From: Planctomycetota bacterium
Lineage (GTDB): Bacteria; Planctomycetota; PUPC01; DSUN01
NCBI GenBank assembly: GCA_016872855.1
Contig: VGYV01000002.1
Span: 1-43,534, forward strand
Length of the DNA: 43,534 nt
Direction of reading: 5' to 3'
In this document: piece after piece, positions 41,449 through 43,534 of the stretch
Layout of the letters: each line of letters starts with the position of its first letter
How positions within the stretch are numbered: position 1 is the first letter of the stretch
Notes under the pieces: model-generated
Told to the model about the DNA's origin: nothing
Database searches by the model: none
The model's input: only the letters and a program-made list of their open reading frames with translations
Program-made: the position numbers and the translations under genes

Positions 41449-43534
41449 CTATCTTGCCCTCACGGTAGCCGTGACCGGGCCGCAGTAGGCGGAGGTCAGG
41501 TCAGGGCTGAGGCGGAAGGCCTGGACGCGGTAGGCGTAGGTGCCGGCGGCCAGGCCGGAGTCGGTGTAGGTCGTGGCGTTCGGCCCCACGGTGGCGATGC
41601 GCGCGAAGACGAAGGACTTCTTCACCTTGACCCCGCGCTCGACGTAGAAGCCGCTCTCGGTGGTGGAGTTGTCCGTCCAGGTCAGGGTGACGTTCTGCTT
41701 GGAGACCGTGGCAGTCAGGCCGGTCGGGGCGGCCGGGGGCTCGGGGGCTACGACGGTGATGGTGAGTGTGGTGCTGGCGGTCGCCCCCTGGTTGTCGGTG
41801 ACGGTGAGCGTGACGGTGAAGGTGCCGGTCGTGGTGTAGATGTGGCTCACCGTCGGACCGGCATCGGCACGCACTGTCCCGTCGCCGAAGTCCCAGTCGT
41901 AGCGGGTGATGAAGCCGTCGCTGTCGTAGGACGACGAGCCGTCGAAGTCGACGATCAAGGGCTCGAAGCCTTGCTCGACGTCGGCCACGGCGACCGCGAC
42001 GGGCGGCTTGTTGCCAGTGCCGCCGAAGTAGTCGATCCAGACGTAGGCCAGTGCCTCGTCGGCAGCCTTAGGCGTGTTGGCGGCGGTGCCAACGAGGAGG
42101 TCGCCGGTCTCCGTCACCTGGTACAGGTTGAAGGAGCGGATGGCAGCGGCGTCGCCCGATGCGTTGTCCACCATGCCTGCGAACCAGCGCTTGGTGGTGA
42201 TGGCCGTGGTGGGCGCGATGTCGCTGAAGTCGAGCCAGAAGCTGCCGTCGCACGCGGTGGTGGTGCCATCGAAGGCGAAGGAGCCGCCGCCGTAGTAGAG
42301 CACGTCGTCGCTCGGGAACCAGGCATTCGCGGGCTGGGTGGCCGTGGTGTCGCCGATTCCCAGGAAGACGAGCAACTGGTCCCGCTTGAGGTGGTTCAGC
42401 GTGACCTTGGCGAGCATCGTGGGCGCGTACGAGGGCCGGGCCGTGACCCAGCAGGCCTCGCGATACCACCAGCCCTCCTGGCGCCCCGCGGCCGGGGCGC
42501 CGGGGACCGCCGAGACGGACTTCAACGCGTCGTAGGCAAACCAGGTGAAGCCGCCCTCCTGCCAGCCTGTGCCCCAGGAGTTGGCGATGCGGAGGGCACC
42601 CTTCTCGCCGGCGTCCACCGTGCCGTTGCCATTGATGTCCACCCAGATGTCATCGGAGTAGCCGACTACCGTCATGACATGCCCGCCGATGCTACCGTTG
42701 ACATAGGTGGCGCAGTTCTTGCCGACGAAGGCGTCGTCGGCCGTGGTCGAGGGGTCATCGCTGGCGGGCTTGAACTGCCAGGAACCGATGTAGGTGGCGA
42801 AGTTCAGGACGTAGCCGTTGAGAAGGAGTTGCTTGAGCTGCGCGAGGCCGGCCTCCGTGTCCACATTCAGGACGCGGCCAGCCTGGTCGGCGCGCACGTT
42901 GATGGCCGTGCGCCAGACGGCCGGGTTGAGGCACCAGGCGCGGTAGTTGCTGTCGTAGGGGAACTCGGCCCAGGTGGCGACGCCGTGCTTCTGGGCGATT
43001 GCATAGGCGTCGTAATGCCACGACCCGCCGTCCACCCCGCCGTTGACCATGTTATACGTCCACTTCGGCGAGAAGCGGAACCCGTCGCCCCCGGTCTTGG
43101 CGTCCCAGCCGCGGGCCATGGCGGTCATGTGGGTCAGGGTGTAGTAAACGGCGGAGAACTGTGCACAGGAGCCGAGCGAGCCCTGGCTGCGGATGGGGGG
43201 AAAGTAAGGCAGTGTGCTGTTGTCCACGTAGCTCGCCCCCGCCTCCGCGGGCGCGCCCTCCCCGGTTGGCTCTCCACCCACCTCGCTGCCGAGGGCCGCC
43301 GGGGCCACCTGCGTCAGCTCTCTCTGGCCCCTCTTCTTCCTCTCCGCGTTCACGCGGTCGAGGCCCAGCTTGTTCAGCCGCACGCGGCCCGCGGCAACCA
43401 TGTGCTTGTCGGCCCACTCGCGCTGCTTCGCCGTGGGCCGCAGGGCGCCGGTCGCGTGAGGATCGTTGTCCTTCCGTTGCCCACCCAGCGCCTGTGCGGA
43501 CAGGAACGCGAAGCCAATCGCCAGCCAATTCCAC
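41449..43534 (-). CDS. Secreted papain-like (C1 family) cysteine peptidase with C-terminal PKD and fibronectin-type-III domains; the 5' end probably runs off the window
   Basis: Catalytic contexts IRSQGSLGSCAQFS (Gln/Cys), GGHVMTVVGY (His), IANSWG (Asn). PKD hallmark YDWDFGDGT. FN3-like PAAPTGLTATVSKQNVTLTWTDNS...GTYAYRVQAF. The frame stays open upstream of ATG 43401 to the window edge and encodes a signal-like WNWLAIGFAFLSAQALGG, so the true start is probably beyond 43534. Confidence 0.8.
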   Translation of the reverse strand, partial: WNWLAIGFAFLSAQALGGQRKDNDPHATGALRPTAKQREWADKHMVAAGRVRLNKLGLDRVNAERKKRGQRELTQVAPAALGSEVGGEPTGEGAPAEAGASYVDNSTLPYFPPIRSQGSLGSCAQFSAVYYTLTHMTAMARGWDAKTGGDGFRFSPKWTYNMVNGGVDGGSWHYDAYAIAQKHGVATWAEFPYDSNYRAWCLNPAVWRTAINVRADQAGRVLNVDTEAGLAQLKQLLLNGYVLNFATYIGSWQFKPASDDPSTTADDAFVGKNCATYVNGSIGGHVMTVVGYSDDIWVDINGNGTVDAGEKGALRIANSWGTGWQEGGFTWFAYDALKSVSAVPGAPAAGRQEGWWYREACWVTARPSYAPTMLAKVTLNHLKRDQLLVFLGIGDTTATQPANAWFPSDDVLYYGGGSFAFDGTTTACDGSFWLDFSDIAPTTAITTKRWFAGMVDNASGDAAAIRSFNLYQVTETGDLLVGTAANTPKAADEALAYVWIDYFGGTGNKPPVAVAVADVEQGFEPLIVDFDGSSSYDSDGFITRYDWDFGDGTVRADAGPTVSHIYTTTGTFTVTLTVTDNQGATASTTLTITVVAPEPPAAPTGLTATVSKQNVTLTWTDNSTTESGFYVERGVKVKKSFVFARIATVGPNATTYTDSGLAAGTYAYRVQAFRLSPDLTSAYCGPVTATVRAR

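Noticed and set aside
40944-41468. 174-aa plus-strand ORF (and several 60-160-aa ORFs) in the 40.9-41.45 kb gap
   Set aside because: They are composed of the palindromic repeat modules, have no SD or coding-type codon bias, and are best explained as intergenic repeats.

Overview
GC-rich bacterial chromosomal segment. Third codon positions are mostly G/C, so the six-frame track is full of long spurious Arg/Pro/Ala-rich off-frame ORFs. I support about 27 genes.

(1) 0.2-5.4 kb, minus strand: a membrane-fused spermidine-synthase-like protein and a molybdenum-cofactor group (ThiF/MoeB-like, a MOSC-MoaB fusion, MoaC).

(2) 5.2-13.4 kb: two small zinc-ribbon proteins and two very large secreted proteins. 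One combines a beta-propeller carrying two CXXCH motifs with a C-terminal FGE/SUMF1-type domain.

(3) 13.4-43.5 kb, all minus strand: an exopolysaccharide / PEP-CTERM-type surface locus. It holds Wza-like, Wzc-like BY-kinase, PHP-type Tyr-phosphatase and O-antigen-ligase-like+TPR genes, plus two PEP-CTERM cargo genes. No exosortase is visible. Interleaved are three secreted peptidase genes: an S8+C25 dual protease, a second C25 paralog, and a papain-like C1+PKD+FN3 protein.

The same block carries a RiPP-like maturation cassette (PqqD-family protein, radical SAM/SPASM enzyme, HPr-kinase-like kinase), with an uncharacterised-nucleotidyltransferase-family gene 16 kb away.

Most interesting observations:
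(a) An unannotated small ORF overlaps the rSAM 3' end. It has a strong SD+ATG, a YxxPxL leader-like motif and a Cys/Ser-rich C-terminus ending in Ser, but also an in-frame TAG at codon 8.
(b) A family of GGGGACATTC...GAATGTCCCC palindromic repeats is inserted in frame inside two genes: directly after the CX3CX2C motif of the rSAM enzyme, and in the O-antigen-ligase-like gene. Related copies lie in a repeat-rich intergenic region.
(c) The C25 paralog next to the cassette is split into three ORFs by an 8-bp tandem duplication and a 7-nt homopolymer.

All functional calls come from motif recognition by eye. No searches were run.
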